A stretch of 64,000 bases of DNA from Ascoidea asiatica JCM 7603 (Eukaryota; Fungi; Ascomycota), in contig BCKQ01000005.1 of the NCBI GenBank assembly GCA_001600695.1, positions 54,404 to 118,403 on the forward strand. The letters are read 5' to 3'. Made by a program: the position numbers and the translations under genes. Under the pieces are notes generated by a model. The model made no database searches. It was not told where the DNA came from and saw only the letters and a list, made by a program, of their open reading frames with translations. This document shows, piece by piece, positions 9,873 to 21,393 of this stretch. Numbering within the stretch: the first letter of the stretch is position 1; every line of letters begins with the position of its first letter.

Positions 9873-11894
9873 CTAAAAAGAGAATTTTTCTGAACAGAAA
9901 CCGATATTATTATTTTTTGCCCATTTTTCACAATCTTTAATTAAAGATTTAGGTCCACAAGAAATTATCCATTTACCATTGTTTTCTATATGAGAATAAT
10001 CATCATTAGAAATATTATTCGATGGAGCAGCTGAATCAGTTGTAGAAGAAGTAGTAGCAGAATACATATCATCAAATACTTGTTGAAAACAAATGCTTAA
10101 AATTGGTCTTCCATAATGAATTTTCATTTGTGGTTCAAAAATTTTATATTCCTGATATTGATTTTTATCTTGATTTTTATTTTGATTAATTTTATTTTCT
10201 ATATTAATATCTTCAAGAGAAATTTCGTCTAATTCAAAGTCATTATTTTCATTCTGTAAGTTATGATTGCCATTAATATTATTGGAATGTGAATTACAAT
10301 TAGAATTGTTCGAAATATCATTTGGAGAAATTAACTGCCTATAACTATTCTGATTTATTGAAGAGGTAATTGTTCTGATAGTTTCTAGACCTCTAACAGA
10401 AAGATTTTTTAGAAAACTGTTTTTTTTTGAATTAAGATTTTCATTATTTTTCAAAGAATTAACTGTATTATTCTCTATATCAAAAGCAGAGTTTGAATTT
10501 GTATTATTACTATTGTTAATAGTATTGTTATTGTTATTGGTGATATAAATTTCCAATTTAAAATTAATATCTTGCAATAAATCTAGTTCTTTTAAAATGT
10601 ATAAATCATTTTTATTTTGAATAATCCAAATTAATTTTGGAGTAGAATTTAAATGTATTAAGGATTGTTTCAATAAATATTGGTAAATTGGTAAAGCAAA
10701 AGAAATTCCAGATCCACCAGAAACAATTACAGTTTTTTTAAATTTTAAAAACATTGAAGAATGTAAAGAAGAATAAGGGCCAAATAGAGAATATGAATAT
10801 GAATATGGATATGAATCAGAATTAGGATTGGAATTAGAATTGGAATTAGAAATTGATAAATTTGATTGATTTATTAAACTTGATGAAAATTTTGATTTTT
10901 TAACTATCAATTGAATTTTTGTATTTGAAGATATTGTGTAAGGATGAGAAGGTAAAAATAAATTCAAGGGATTTCTTTTAACATTGTAAGATAATCTTAA
11001 ATGAGAACCTGGTAACCAAGACCAATTAATAGAAGAATTATCAATATTGATGATAATCAAAGAAGATAAATGATTGGATTTTATTGATAAAGTATTATTA
11101 TTGATATCTGATAAAGTTATAGAATTTAATAATTTTAAATAGATAATTGAAAAAACTAATAAAGATAAGGATAAAATTGAATAAAAATAAACATTTGGCC
11201 TTGCATGAAAATAAAGTAAAAATAAAATAATATAAGAAGAAGAATAATGAAAAAGATAAAAAACTTTATAAAAATAAAATCTAAAAGGTTTTAAAGAAAT
11301 AAAAAAAATGATAAAAAATAAGATAAAAGCAATAAAACCTAAGAAATTATTCAATTTAAAAAGTTTTGATAATAAAATCTGATTATTTAACCATTTAATT
11401 ATATAAGAGAAAGAATGAATAATTGAAAAAAAAATTATAATTCTAGATAACCATTTATGAAGTGGAATAAGATTTAAATAATTTAAAATTTGAATTGGAT
11501 TTGGTTTGATTGTTATAAATATATTTAAAGGTATTAAAGCAACAGATAATCTACCAAATCTTTTAATTGTTATAGAATATTCATTTTTATTAAACCCCCA
11601 AAAAGTTGTAATCAAAAGAATTAATAACCATAGAAGAATTTGAAACGTTAAAGGAAAAAAATAAAAAGTAGAGATTAATTTTTTTTGACGATTAGATAAT
11701 TTTATATAATTAGAATTTGATAAAAATTTATAATAAAGATAATTTGAAAAAATAATTGAAATTATAAATAATATTGATAAAGTAAATATGAAGTAACCAT
11801 ATTTAACATTAATGAAATGATGACTTCCGGCCCCATGTCTTTTAATTAACTGAATTAAAGATTCAGAAGATTGAAAAGAAGAAGCAGAAGACAT
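9873..11894 (-). CDS. AIM14: NADPH oxidase / ferric reductase family, Aim14(Yno1)-like, copy 1
   Basis: N-terminal LIKRH...HFINVKYGY typical of Aim14. Two heme His pairs, HPYT (FAD), GGSGISF (NADPH), CGP and terminal EKF. Confidence 0.85.
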   Translation of the reverse strand: MSSASSFQSSESLIQLIKRHGAGSHHFINVKYGYFIFTLSILFIISIIFSNYLYYKFLSNSNYIKLSNRQKKLISTFYFFPLTFQILLWLLILLITTFWGFNKNEYSITIKRFGRLSVALIPLNIFITIKPNPIQILNYLNLIPLHKWLSRIIIFFSIIHSFSYIIKWLNNQILLSKLFKLNNFLGFIAFILFFIIFFISLKPFRFYFYKVFYLFHYSSSYIILFLLYFHARPNVYFYSILSLSLLVFSIIYLKLLNSITLSDINNNTLSIKSNHLSSLIIINIDNSSINWSWLPGSHLRLSYNVKRNPLNLFLPSHPYTISSNTKIQLIVKKSKFSSSLINQSNLSISNSNSNSNPNSDSYPYSYSYSLFGPYSSLHSSMFLKFKKTVIVSGGSGISFALPIYQYLLKQSLIHLNSTPKLIWIIQNKNDLYILKELDLLQDINFKLEIYITNNNNNTINNSNNTNSNSAFDIENNTVNSLKNNENLNSKKNSFLKNLSVRGLETIRTITSSINQNSYRQLISPNDISNNSNCNSHSNNINGNHNLQNENNDFELDEISLEDINIENKINQNKNQDKNQYQEYKIFEPQMKIHYGRPILSICFQQVFDDMYSATTSSTTDSAAPSNNISNDDYSHIENNGKWIISCGPKSLIKDCEKWAKNNNIGFCSEKFSF

Positions 11895-12727
11895 TGTTAA
11901 TTTATAGAATTAAGAGATGAAGTAAACGAATCCAAAAGAAAAAGAATAAAACAGTTGAAATTTAAATCAATTGATGAATCTTGGTATTATGTAATGTGAT
12001 ACAAAGATTAATATGATATAAAAATTAATACAAAATTAAAGCAAAATCAATTCCTGGAGATGACAGAGGCTTGTGTAACTTTCACATTACATACAGTCTA
12101 AAGCGATTAAATTATACAAATATATATATTCTGAATATATTTATATATTTACTGATTATTGATTATTGATTATTGATTATTTGTAAACAGAGTAGTATAT
12201 TTGCATGCTCTGGGCTAGATCTGGAGTTAATGTGGTATCTTTTTCTTCTTCAGCGCTACAGCTCCACACTTCCTGGAGACCACTGCCAGTAACATTATCA
12301 TTAGTATTTATCCGTGCTAATAAGATCGAGCCAATATATTTATTTATATTAATATTACAAAAACGAAAGAATGATATTAAACAATATAAAACAGCATAAA
12401 GAGCTACAAAATGCAATGAATCAATGCAAAAACAACATTATATTTCTCCTTCAGTTGGCAATTCTCCATTCAGTCTTATAAATTTCATAAATGCTCTTGT
12501 TTCAGACCATTTCTTGCCTTTGTCCACAAACATGCCCAAGAATAATCTTATCGAATTTCAAATCATGTAAATGTATATTTCATTATATTAGTATATCATC
12601 AATATATCATAAGTAAATCAAAATATCTCTAGAATAAGGCTATTCTGTAAGTGTGATTTGTTATTAGTTTTTAGTTCTATTTATTTACTTTTTATGTATA
12701 GTCATTGATATACTGTATGTTCTAACG

Positions 12728-14230
12728 ATGGTTTCCCTGGGCGCTATTATCTGGTCTTCAATTAAACCAATATTAAAAATGTATCTTATTATTTTTTGTG
12801 GTATATATCTTGGAAAGAAAAATATTTTAAATGTTGAAACAACTAGAAATTTATCCACAATTATGTTATCTATCTTATTACCATGTTTAATATTCAATAA
12901 AGTTATCACAAATATTTCAATTCATGATCTTAAAATTATTGGAATAATATCATTATCTTCTTCAATTTTATATTTAGGTGGCTTATTTTATACAATTTTA
13001 TTATTATTATTGACTGATGTTCCTTCAAAATTTTATGGCGGTTTTATTTCTGCTGCTATTTTTCAAAATGTTTCTGATATACCAATTGCTTATATTCAAA
13101 CTTTAGCAAATGGTGGGTTAATATTTACTTCTCAAGAAGGTGATAAAGGAATTGCTTATATTTGTATTTTCATGGCAATTCTGGTGTTTGTTATTTTTAA
13201 TTGTGGTGGTTCAAAATTGATTCAAAGAGATTTTCAATTTCAAAAAAATGTATTGAATAACAATAATATTGACATTGATATTGAACTTCAAAATAACACT
13301 CAAGCATCATTGAATTCCAATTATTCATCTAATCAATCTTCTAATCTTAACTCGATAATTATTGATAATATATTACCTTATTCTTCTCCATCTCCAAGAG
13401 GACAATCACAAACTATTGATCATATAGTTGATCAATATACACAAGATAATCAATTTGAAATTAGATCTATTGTAACCGAAATTGGCATTCAATTATCTTC
13501 TCCAATTTATAATACTTATAATTCTAAAAATTCTAAAAATTTTAGATATTATTTAAATATCTTTTTAGAATTCTTAAACTCTTTCATAAAAAATTTTTTA
13601 CAACCAATTTCAATTTCTTTATTAATTTCTTTAACAATTGCTTTAATTCCATGGTTAAAAGCTTTATTTATTTATGATTCAAATCTTCATATCTCAAATG
13701 CTCCTGATAATCAACCTCCATTAGAATTATTTATGGATTTTACTTTGTATATTGGTTCAGCTCAGGTTCCAATTGGTCTTCTTTTATTAGGTGGAACTTT
13801 AGGAAAATTAAATTTTAAATTATTCAAAAATTATAAATTAAAAATGTTTTTTTTGAAAAGTGTTTTGCCCTTAACTTTGATTAAATTATTTATTTTTCCA
13901 ATAATTGGTATTATCTGGATAAATTTTTTAAAAAAATGGTTAAATCTTAGCTCAAATATTTTATACTTCATTATAATTTTAGTGTGGAGTCTTCCAAGCT
14001 TTACAGGTCAATTATATTTAACTGCTTATTATACTCCTAAAGATGTTAATATTAACAATATAGATAATATTGATAATAGTGAGAATAGTGATAATAGTGA
14101 TAATAATCCTGACTGTAAATATTTTCAGTTGAATTGTTTTGCCATATGTTTGGTAATTGAATATACTTTACTTTTCATATCCATTCCAATTATTGCAACT
14201 TATACTTTGAAAGTCTCTTTAGATTTTTAA
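12728..14230 (+). CDS. ECM3: Ecm3/YNL095C-like auxin-efflux-carrier (PIN-like) transporter
   Basis: VSLGAIIWSSIKPILK, NVSDIPIAYIQTL, APDNQPPL..FMDFTLYIG..VPIGLLLLG; two TM bundles. Confidence 0.8.
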   Translation: MVSLGAIIWSSIKPILKMYLIIFCGIYLGKKNILNVETTRNLSTIMLSILLPCLIFNKVITNISIHDLKIIGIISLSSSILYLGGLFYTILLLLLTDVPSKFYGGFISAAIFQNVSDIPIAYIQTLANGGLIFTSQEGDKGIAYICIFMAILVFVIFNCGGSKLIQRDFQFQKNVLNNNNIDIDIELQNNTQASLNSNYSSNQSSNLNSIIIDNILPYSSPSPRGQSQTIDHIVDQYTQDNQFEIRSIVTEIGIQLSSPIYNTYNSKNSKNFRYYLNIFLEFLNSFIKNFLQPISISLLISLTIALIPWLKALFIYDSNLHISNAPDNQPPLELFMDFTLYIGSAQVPIGLLLLGGTLGKLNFKLFKNYKLKMFFLKSVLPLTLIKLFIFPIIGIIWINFLKKWLNLSSNILYFIIILVWSLPSFTGQLYLTAYYTPKDVNINNIDNIDNSENSDNSDNNPDCKYFQLNCFAICLVIEYTLLFISIPIIATYTLKVSLDF

Positions 14231-15644
14231 TAATGTTAATAAAATTCTTAGATTTTGACCTTTTACACTTATCACATATTACATATCATATTTCACATCC
14301 CATATCATTTAAAAATTAATTCTATGAATAAAATTTACAATTATAAAACAACTCAAGCAATTAGTTAAACTTTTTTTCGGATATCAATTCGAATTATTTT
14401 TTTTTTTTTTTTTTTTTTGATTTATCAATTGTTTTTCATTCTTAATTCATTTAGATATTAGTAATGCAGTCCTGTAGCTAGCTTTCTCGAAAACCTGAGG
14501 TAACTAATGTTTTGTCATATTTCAAATGAGCTAAAAATCATTACAAGTAGTAAAGCTGAATTAATTTTAATCAATTTGGTTATCAATTGATAATTCGTAA
14601 TAAAAATATCAAAAAAACCTGTCGATTACATTGTTACAGTATTAATACCAGTATGCTTTAACAAAAACACTTCTTCAAAACTTGAGATTTATGTCACCGA
14701 TAAAAGAACCTTTTACCAGCCGTTTGTATTCTTAGAATTAATATTCTTATTGTTGTCTTTATTGTTGTCAGTACATTAGAATTCATCCATACTGAATGAT
14801 ATTCTTCTAAGAAATCTCTAAGCGTATAATTTTATAAAATCAAGGCATTTTCTCTTTCAAACAAATACCTGGGTACTCAAACTAAAAGAGACGATCTTCA
14901 AATTAATAAATATTTCCCTATTTTGTAAGGAAATAATAATTATTTTTTTTCTTTGATATAAAACTTGTTTTAAAACAATTATCAGCAACTCTTAACAATT
15001 GTTTTAAAATTGTTTTGAAGGTAAATTAAACCAACTTCAGCATGCGGATCATTTTCTTTAACCTAAATTTAGACAATTATTGAATGGAAATCAAACAATA
15101 CCAAGAAAAAATGAAGTTGATTTACTGAATTGCAAAACTACTTTTATTTTACAAGATAAGAATTAGAATAAGAATGAAGAAATAGTAATAATAATAATAA
15201 CTAAATTTTAGTATGGATTTCATCCATTGGGAATTTCAAAGTACTTTACATTAGTAACCAATGCATTCTTAAACAAGTTGGTAATAATATTCAAAAATTG
15301 ATATTGATCTCAATAAAATATATTTCAATCAAAAATCGGATGATTTTTCATGATAAAAAATAATAGATTAATGCTAAATCAATTCAATAGTAAATTGATA
15401 ATATTTGAAATGAATCAAAAGAAGAATGAATAAAATATAAATACAGAAACAATTGCAGTCCTATCAAATTGTATTTTAGTTGAAATTTTCATTATTTGAA
15501 AAAATTCATCAACTTTTCAGTCTTTCATTTATTCAGTTTTCTTTTTTTTTATTTTTAATTAACTTAGGTCAATCCTTCAACCTCTTTACAACATTCAATC
15601 ATTTAATTCTTAGCTTTTTTTTAACAGATTTTTTATCCAGCGCT

Positions 15645-17378
15645 ATGGAAAAATCAATAAATCTTGCTGAAAGAACTGCAATAAAAACAGGATCTAATCC
15701 AAAAACCAAAAAATATGGGTATTATTTATTCGCTATTTCCATTGTTGTTTTGATTTTAGAATCATTCATAAAAACAATGTATTTTAGACTTTATTATCAA
15801 AATCCGAGTTCAAAAACAGGAAAGTTTTTGAAAGTTTTAGCAACTTTAAAAACAAGATACAAAATGGTATTTTGGACAATTCTTTATGTTCTTTTTACAT
15901 GTGTTGATGTAAGTTATGAAACAGTATTTGAATTATCCAAAAAAGCTGGAGAGACTGCTTACTCTTTATTACCTATTACAATGGTTCTTGGATTTAGGCC
16001 AAATCCTTTACCAAATATCTATTATTTGGAATACATGACTTTTCATAAATGGTTAGCAAGATTGGTTATTTTCTTTTCAGTTCTTCATAGTCTAGCCTTC
16101 TATATAAAATGGACTATTTACAATCAACTAAAGACAAATATGCAAATATATTCTAATATATTGGCTACAATTGGGTTTGTAGCTTGGTGTGTTGTTGCAA
16201 TAATTACAATTGGTCCAATAAGACACAAATTTTATAAAGCTTTTTACATTATTCACTTAGTTGTTGCATTGCTTACTCCATTCTTAGTTATATATCACGG
16301 TGAGGGAATCTTAAATTTTTATTCTGCTGTTGATCTTATAATTTTATTATTATCTTGGTTTGCTAAATTTGTCAAGGCTGTTTCAACAAAATTGATTATC
16401 AAAACTCATCCAAATTCCGAGATACAAGTCATAAAATTTTCCAGAAATGCAATAGCAGGAGCATTTACTCCTGGTTCTCATCTAAGAGTATCTGCAGATT
16501 ATCATAAAAATCCCTTAAATATATTTTTACCATCTCATCCTTTTAGTATAGCATCTTTATCAAACTCACCAAAAGATCTAAACCCAAATTCAATCAGCCT
16601 AATTGTTAGAAAAACTACCTTTTCAATTGATGAATCTAGAACTTATTCAATCACAGGACCTTTCCCATCATTACATTATAATTTTTTCAATAACTGTAAA
16701 GAAATTATTTGTGTTTCAGGTGGATCTGGATTATCTTTTTCATTACCAATATATTTTACAATGATGCAAAAAAAAGCAAAAGTGAAGCTAATTTGGGTAA
16801 CTAGAAATGAGTATGATCTATTCATTCTTAAAGAATTAGGATTATTAAGTAAAAACCTTCCTGGTTTTCAAATATACATAACTGGAAAAAAATCATCATC
16901 CGGAATGAAGCATTCTGAATTTATCTTAGATCTTTTTTCCAATACGTCTAATGAAACAAGTATTTTGCCTAGTAACTCATTAAAGCATATGAATAAACAT
17001 GTTGACAAAAATGAATTAGTCAATCCATTTAATCCTCCAAGTAGATATTCTGATTCAGAAAGTATTGAACTAGAAGATCTCAATCGTTATAATTATGAAC
17101 CAAATGATAATAAGAGCAAAGGTAAACAAACTGTAAGAGAAGTTAGGTCAAAATCTGCTTCTAGTGAATATCTTTCAATGATTAGATATGGAAGGCCAGA
17201 TTGGAACATTTGTTTTCACTCATTAATAATGGATAGTTTTGAAAATCCTTATGTTTCAGAAAACATCAATGATAAAAAATGGATATGTGGGTGTGGCCCT
17301 CCAAGATTACTTGGTGATTGTGAAAAATGGGCTAAACAAAATGAAATTAATTTTTTCGCAGAGAAATTTAGCCTTTGA
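15645..17378 (+). CDS. AIM14: Aim14(Yno1)-like NADPH oxidase / ferric reductase, copy 2
   Basis: First ATG at 15645 (the track starts at an upstream TTG). KYGY, FHKWLARL...LH, HPFS, GGSGLSF, CGP, EKFSL. Clear paralogue of 9873..11894. Confidence 0.8.
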   Translation: MEKSINLAERTAIKTGSNPKTKKYGYYLFAISIVVLILESFIKTMYFRLYYQNPSSKTGKFLKVLATLKTRYKMVFWTILYVLFTCVDVSYETVFELSKKAGETAYSLLPITMVLGFRPNPLPNIYYLEYMTFHKWLARLVIFFSVLHSLAFYIKWTIYNQLKTNMQIYSNILATIGFVAWCVVAIITIGPIRHKFYKAFYIIHLVVALLTPFLVIYHGEGILNFYSAVDLIILLLSWFAKFVKAVSTKLIIKTHPNSEIQVIKFSRNAIAGAFTPGSHLRVSADYHKNPLNIFLPSHPFSIASLSNSPKDLNPNSISLIVRKTTFSIDESRTYSITGPFPSLHYNFFNNCKEIICVSGGSGLSFSLPIYFTMMQKKAKVKLIWVTRNEYDLFILKELGLLSKNLPGFQIYITGKKSSSGMKHSEFILDLFSNTSNETSILPSNSLKHMNKHVDKNELVNPFNPPSRYSDSESIELEDLNRYNYEPNDNKSKGKQTVREVRSKSASSEYLSMIRYGRPDWNICFHSLIMDSFENPYVSENINDKKWICGCGPPRLLGDCEKWAKQNEINFFAEKFSL

Positions 17379-18243
17379 TTTTTCAAAATAACAGTATTAG
17401 TTGAGAGAAATTAATAGATAAAATTTTGTTTTTTTCTTTCTATTTCTTTTTTCTCAAAAATTTTTATTGTAGTCTGCACCTTTTTTTATGTATTATATAT
17501 AATTTTTATAAACTTTTAGTAAATTTTTCTCGTTTTTTGCTTAATAAACTTTTGAATATGTCAAATAATAATAAAAAAAATTTTTTTAATCGAGAATTTA
17601 GAGTGTAGAGTTTAATCAATAATTCAAATTTCAGTTGTTTGATTTATATTAAGAAAACTATACTCAATGCATTTAAAGAGTAATCAAATAATATATGACA
17701 GTATGTATTCAAATATATATATATATATTTTAAATATATGCGTGTTAAACCATAATAATAGCAAAGAAAAAACAAATACACTGAAATAGATAATAAAGGT
17801 AGTAAAAATTTTTTTTTGGAAGTGTGAACTAATTTCCAGAAAAATAGGTCTTAAGGAAAACTAGATAAAAAGGAAGATATGAATATATCGTATTATAAGG
17901 ACAAAAAGATAAACAAAAAGGTAAAGTATAAGAAGTACAGTATAACAAAATATTTAATTTAATTTAAATTTAATTTAAAAACAAAGAAAAGAAAAAAATA
18001 TAGAACAGATTAAGGAACACTTAATATATTCAATCAATTTATTTATATCTGATCTGAAATTTGATTTTTTAACTCTTTTTTTCATTTTGATTTTTTTTTT
18101 TCTTCTTCTTTTTCTTCGTTTCTTGGGATTATCATTACAGGAATTCTAAAAAATTACAATTAAGCAAAAGCAAAAATATAGTTGATGAATAAAGTAGTTA
18201 AATTAGTAATTTCTGTATTAATATATTAAATTGATTAATAAAT

Positions 18244-19245
18244 CTAAAAGAAAAACCAGCCAAGAAAAAAAGAAATAAGGGCGATAATGAAAACTAAAGG
18301 TATTGGAACACCGTTTACATTTTGAGATTGTTGAGAGATCATTGAATTTGAATCTAATAAAGGTTTTTCAGAAATTTGTTTTAAATTATTCTGAGATTGG
18401 GAAGTTTGATTAGATTGAGATTGAGATTGAGAATGAGATTGTAATTGAGATGATGGTTGTGATTGAGATTGCGATTGTGATTGAGGATATGGTTGTGATT
18501 TTTGTTGAGATTCAAAATTTGAAGTAGAATTTTGATTTTGAATAGTTGATGAATTTGAATCTAATTTTTGACTTAAAGATTTGATTTTATCTTTAGATTG
18601 AGATAAATCAGTTTGAATAGAAGATTTATTTGAATTTGAAGTATTATTAATATCATTGGTATTAATAGGAGAATTAGTAATTGTATTACCAGAAATAGAA
18701 TTATTAGTTGGAGCAGGAAGAATAGATATTTCAGGAACATTATCACGAGAAGGAGAAATATTTTGATTTATTGGATATAAAATTTGATCATTATCATAAT
18801 TTGAAATTTTTGGAGAACCTAAATCAATAGATTGAGATTCTTCTTTAATTGAATCATTAGATTTCAATAATTTATAATGAACTTTAATTTTTTTTTGAGT
18901 CATTTTATCTTTAAATTCAGATTCTAAAGTTGGCCAAATTTTAGCAACACCACCATCAGGATTTAAATCATATGGACAAGGTACAGAAATAATTAAAAAT
19001 TTATCTTTACATTTAAAATCCGGATTTGGATCTTTTTTAAGACCTTGTAAAATAATTGAAACTTCAACTTTTTCACCAGGAGCAACAATTGAAGCATTTG
19101 GTCTAACACAATATAATTTTGGAGCAGTTGTTTTAACTTTAAAAGCTAAAGTTGAATCATTAGTAGAATTATATAAAATTATTTTTTCAGTTGAAGATTT
19201 AGTAAAAGGAGCATTAAATTGCAAAATTGAAGGAGTAATTTCCAT
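18244..19245 (-). CDS. SCS2: VAP-family ER anchor protein (MSP domain)
   Basis: FKVKTTAPKLYCVRPN MSP signature, CKDKFL, C-terminal tail-anchor TM. Confidence 0.92.
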   Translation of the reverse strand: MEITPSILQFNAPFTKSSTEKIILYNSTNDSTLAFKVKTTAPKLYCVRPNASIVAPGEKVEVSIILQGLKKDPNPDFKCKDKFLIISVPCPYDLNPDGGVAKIWPTLESEFKDKMTQKKIKVHYKLLKSNDSIKEESQSIDLGSPKISNYDNDQILYPINQNISPSRDNVPEISILPAPTNNSISGNTITNSPINTNDINNTSNSNKSSIQTDLSQSKDKIKSLSQKLDSNSSTIQNQNSTSNFESQQKSQPYPQSQSQSQSQPSSQLQSHSQSQSQSNQTSQSQNNLKQISEKPLLDSNSMISQQSQNVNGVPIPLVFIIALISFFLGWFFF

Positions 19246-20428
19246 TTTAAAATATTAATATTTCTTTATATTTCTTAATATTTTTTAATATATTAGTATG
19301 ATAATGAATTTAGAGAAGATATGTAGAATTACTTTTATTGAATAATGTAATTTGTATTAAAATTGAGGAAAATAAAAGAAATGGAAATAAAGTGGAAATA
19401 AATAAGTTTTTTTAATTGAAATTAAACTTGAAATTGAAGTTGAAGTTGAAACTGGAAATGAAATTGACTTTGGTTTGAGATTGAAATTGAAATTGAAGTT
19501 CAAATTGACTTAGAAATTGGAGACCCAGTTCTTAGTGAGAATAGTGTAGAATTGAAGTACTTCTATTAGATAAGATATATTCTTTTTAAATATACATATA
19601 TTTTTAAATATATATTTTATTATATTATCTATTGTTCTTGTGAATGGATTGCAAAAGAAGATCAAATAGATGATTGACTGATTGATTGATTGTTGATTGA
19701 TTGTAGAATACTTGTTTTGAAGCTTGTGGTGAGTGAAGATTGCAGTTGATAAAGGCAATTCAGGTGATAAAGGCAGAGAGCAAGTGAATGGAGCCAGATC
19801 TGGAACAAGAACTGGAACGGGAACGGGAGCTGGAAGTGCAGCTGCTGCGCCGTCGCGAGTGGCCACTCCAAACGAACAGCTGTCTCTTTCCAGGCCACTC
19901 CGCACCGCCGGATTACGTAACAGCCTTGCTCCTGCCGGATTTTCTCCGACTCGGTTCAAACGCAGATTTGCACGCGTGTTTTCATTTGCAACGCACTTCT
20001 TGACGCAAAAAGCAATTGTCGGATTACTCCGCCAATAGCTTGAGGTTAAACGATGTCTGCCGAGCGTGCATTTTAAGAGCCCTTCTTACAATAACGTGAC
20101 TGTTTTTTTTTTTCTTTCCTATTATTGTTCTTTTTATTGTAATTTGTCTCGTACGCTCTTTTTTTCAGTTCTGGACCGTCAATTGTCAATTGTCAACGAT
20201 TGTTGTCTGCGCTTTTCTCGAAATTGTAAGTAACGTTCGTACCCAGTCAGTGTATCCATATCCTTGAAAATAATTTCTTTTGTCTTTTTTAATATATTAA
20301 TTTTATTACCTTTTTTTATTTGAATCAAATATTTCAGGCTCATATTACTGATAGTTTCTTCAAAGAATTAAAAAAAAAAAGTAAAATAACATAAATCTTT
20401 AAAGTAATATTCTTAATTTTATCTAAAA

Positions 20429-21071
20429 ATGGCTCCAATTGTAAGTTTTAAATATTAATTTTTAAATATTTTTTTCAAGATTCATTAATTATTTTTCATT
20501 TGGTTATATTCCAAAAATTAAATTGCAGAAAACTTTGATAAATAAATTTTAATTTTACTCAATATTTCAATATTAATTCCTGAAGCTTTGCTGCACTTTT
20601 TTTTTTCTTGGTTTATATAATCTTTAAATTAAAAGTAATCAATAATTTTCTTTTAAATTTAGAAATTTTATTTGATAAGTAGTAGGTTATTCAGGATATT
20701 AACTATTTTTAATTAATAATGTGAAGACAACAAAATCAAAATCAATTAAAAAGTTTACAGTTGATTGTTCTGCACCAGCTGATAATGGTGTTTTTGATAC
20801 TTCATCATATGCAAAATATTTAATTGATCATATTAAAATTGATGGTAGAATTGGTAATTTAGGTGATGATATTGTTGTTGATGTTAAAGGTTCAAATATT
20901 ATTGTTGCTTCAAAAACTCAATTTTCTGGTAAATATTTAAAATATTTAACAAAAAGATATTTAAAGAAAAATCAAATTAGAGATTGGATTAGATTTGTTT
21001 CAGTTAAACAAGGTCAATATCAATTGAAATTCTATTCAACTGCTGTTGAAGATGAAGAAGAAGAAGATTAA
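20429..21071 (+). CDS. RPL22: 60S ribosomal protein eL22, two exons (20429-20440, 20727-21071)
   Basis: Exon 1 ATG GCT CCA ATT followed by GTAAGT. Exon 2 [14 protein letters not shown]...[24 protein letters not shown]. The intron falls after codon 4, as in S. cerevisiae RPL22. Confidence 0.93.
20441..20726 (+). other. Spliceosomal intron of RPL22
   Basis: Donor GTAAGT, variant branch point TATTAAC at 20697-20703, AAG acceptor at 20724-20726. Splicing restores the frame. Confidence 0.8.
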
Positions 21072-21086
21072 GTTAATTAATTTATT

Positions 21087-21092
<6 letters not shown>

Positions 21093-21119
<27 letters not shown>
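21093..21119. repeat. (AT)n microsatellite in the RPL22 3' region
   Basis: Run of about 13 AT units; may also act as a TATATA 3'-end efficiency element. Confidence 0.75.
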
Positions 21120-21122
<3 letters not shown>

Positions 21123-21393
21123 ATAATATAATATGATATGGATTTAAAAAAATTAAAAATATTAAACTGTAGTATCTAAGTAATTAGAGAGATAAATTTT
21201 TAGCAAATTAAAAAAAAAAATTGAATTGAAATAAATATAAAATTAATAATTAGTAAATATGATAAATATATTATAAAAATTGTAAGAAAATATAGGTATA
21301 AGTAGGGATGTGTAGATGCATGTGTAAATAGGTGTAAATATGTGTGACTATGTAAATAATATACTACAGTTGTTTGGTACCGCTTCCATGGTT

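Noticed and set aside
9614-9940. 108-aa Lys-rich ORF
   Set aside because: A-rich convergent terminator region overlapping the AIM14 3' end; no domain.
14968-15009. 13-bp inverted repeat TTTTAAAACAATT
   Set aside because: Almost all A/T, so expected by chance at this composition; no TSD or transposase.
15480-15644. N-terminal extension or 5'UTR intron of AIM14 copy 2 (TTTTAACAG at ~15627)
   Set aside because: TTG start and T-rich leader; no convincing donor or branch point.
19510-20038. Four overlapping ORFs of up to 149 aa
   Set aside because: GC island and hexamer repeats in the SCS2/RPL22 promoter; no coding signature.
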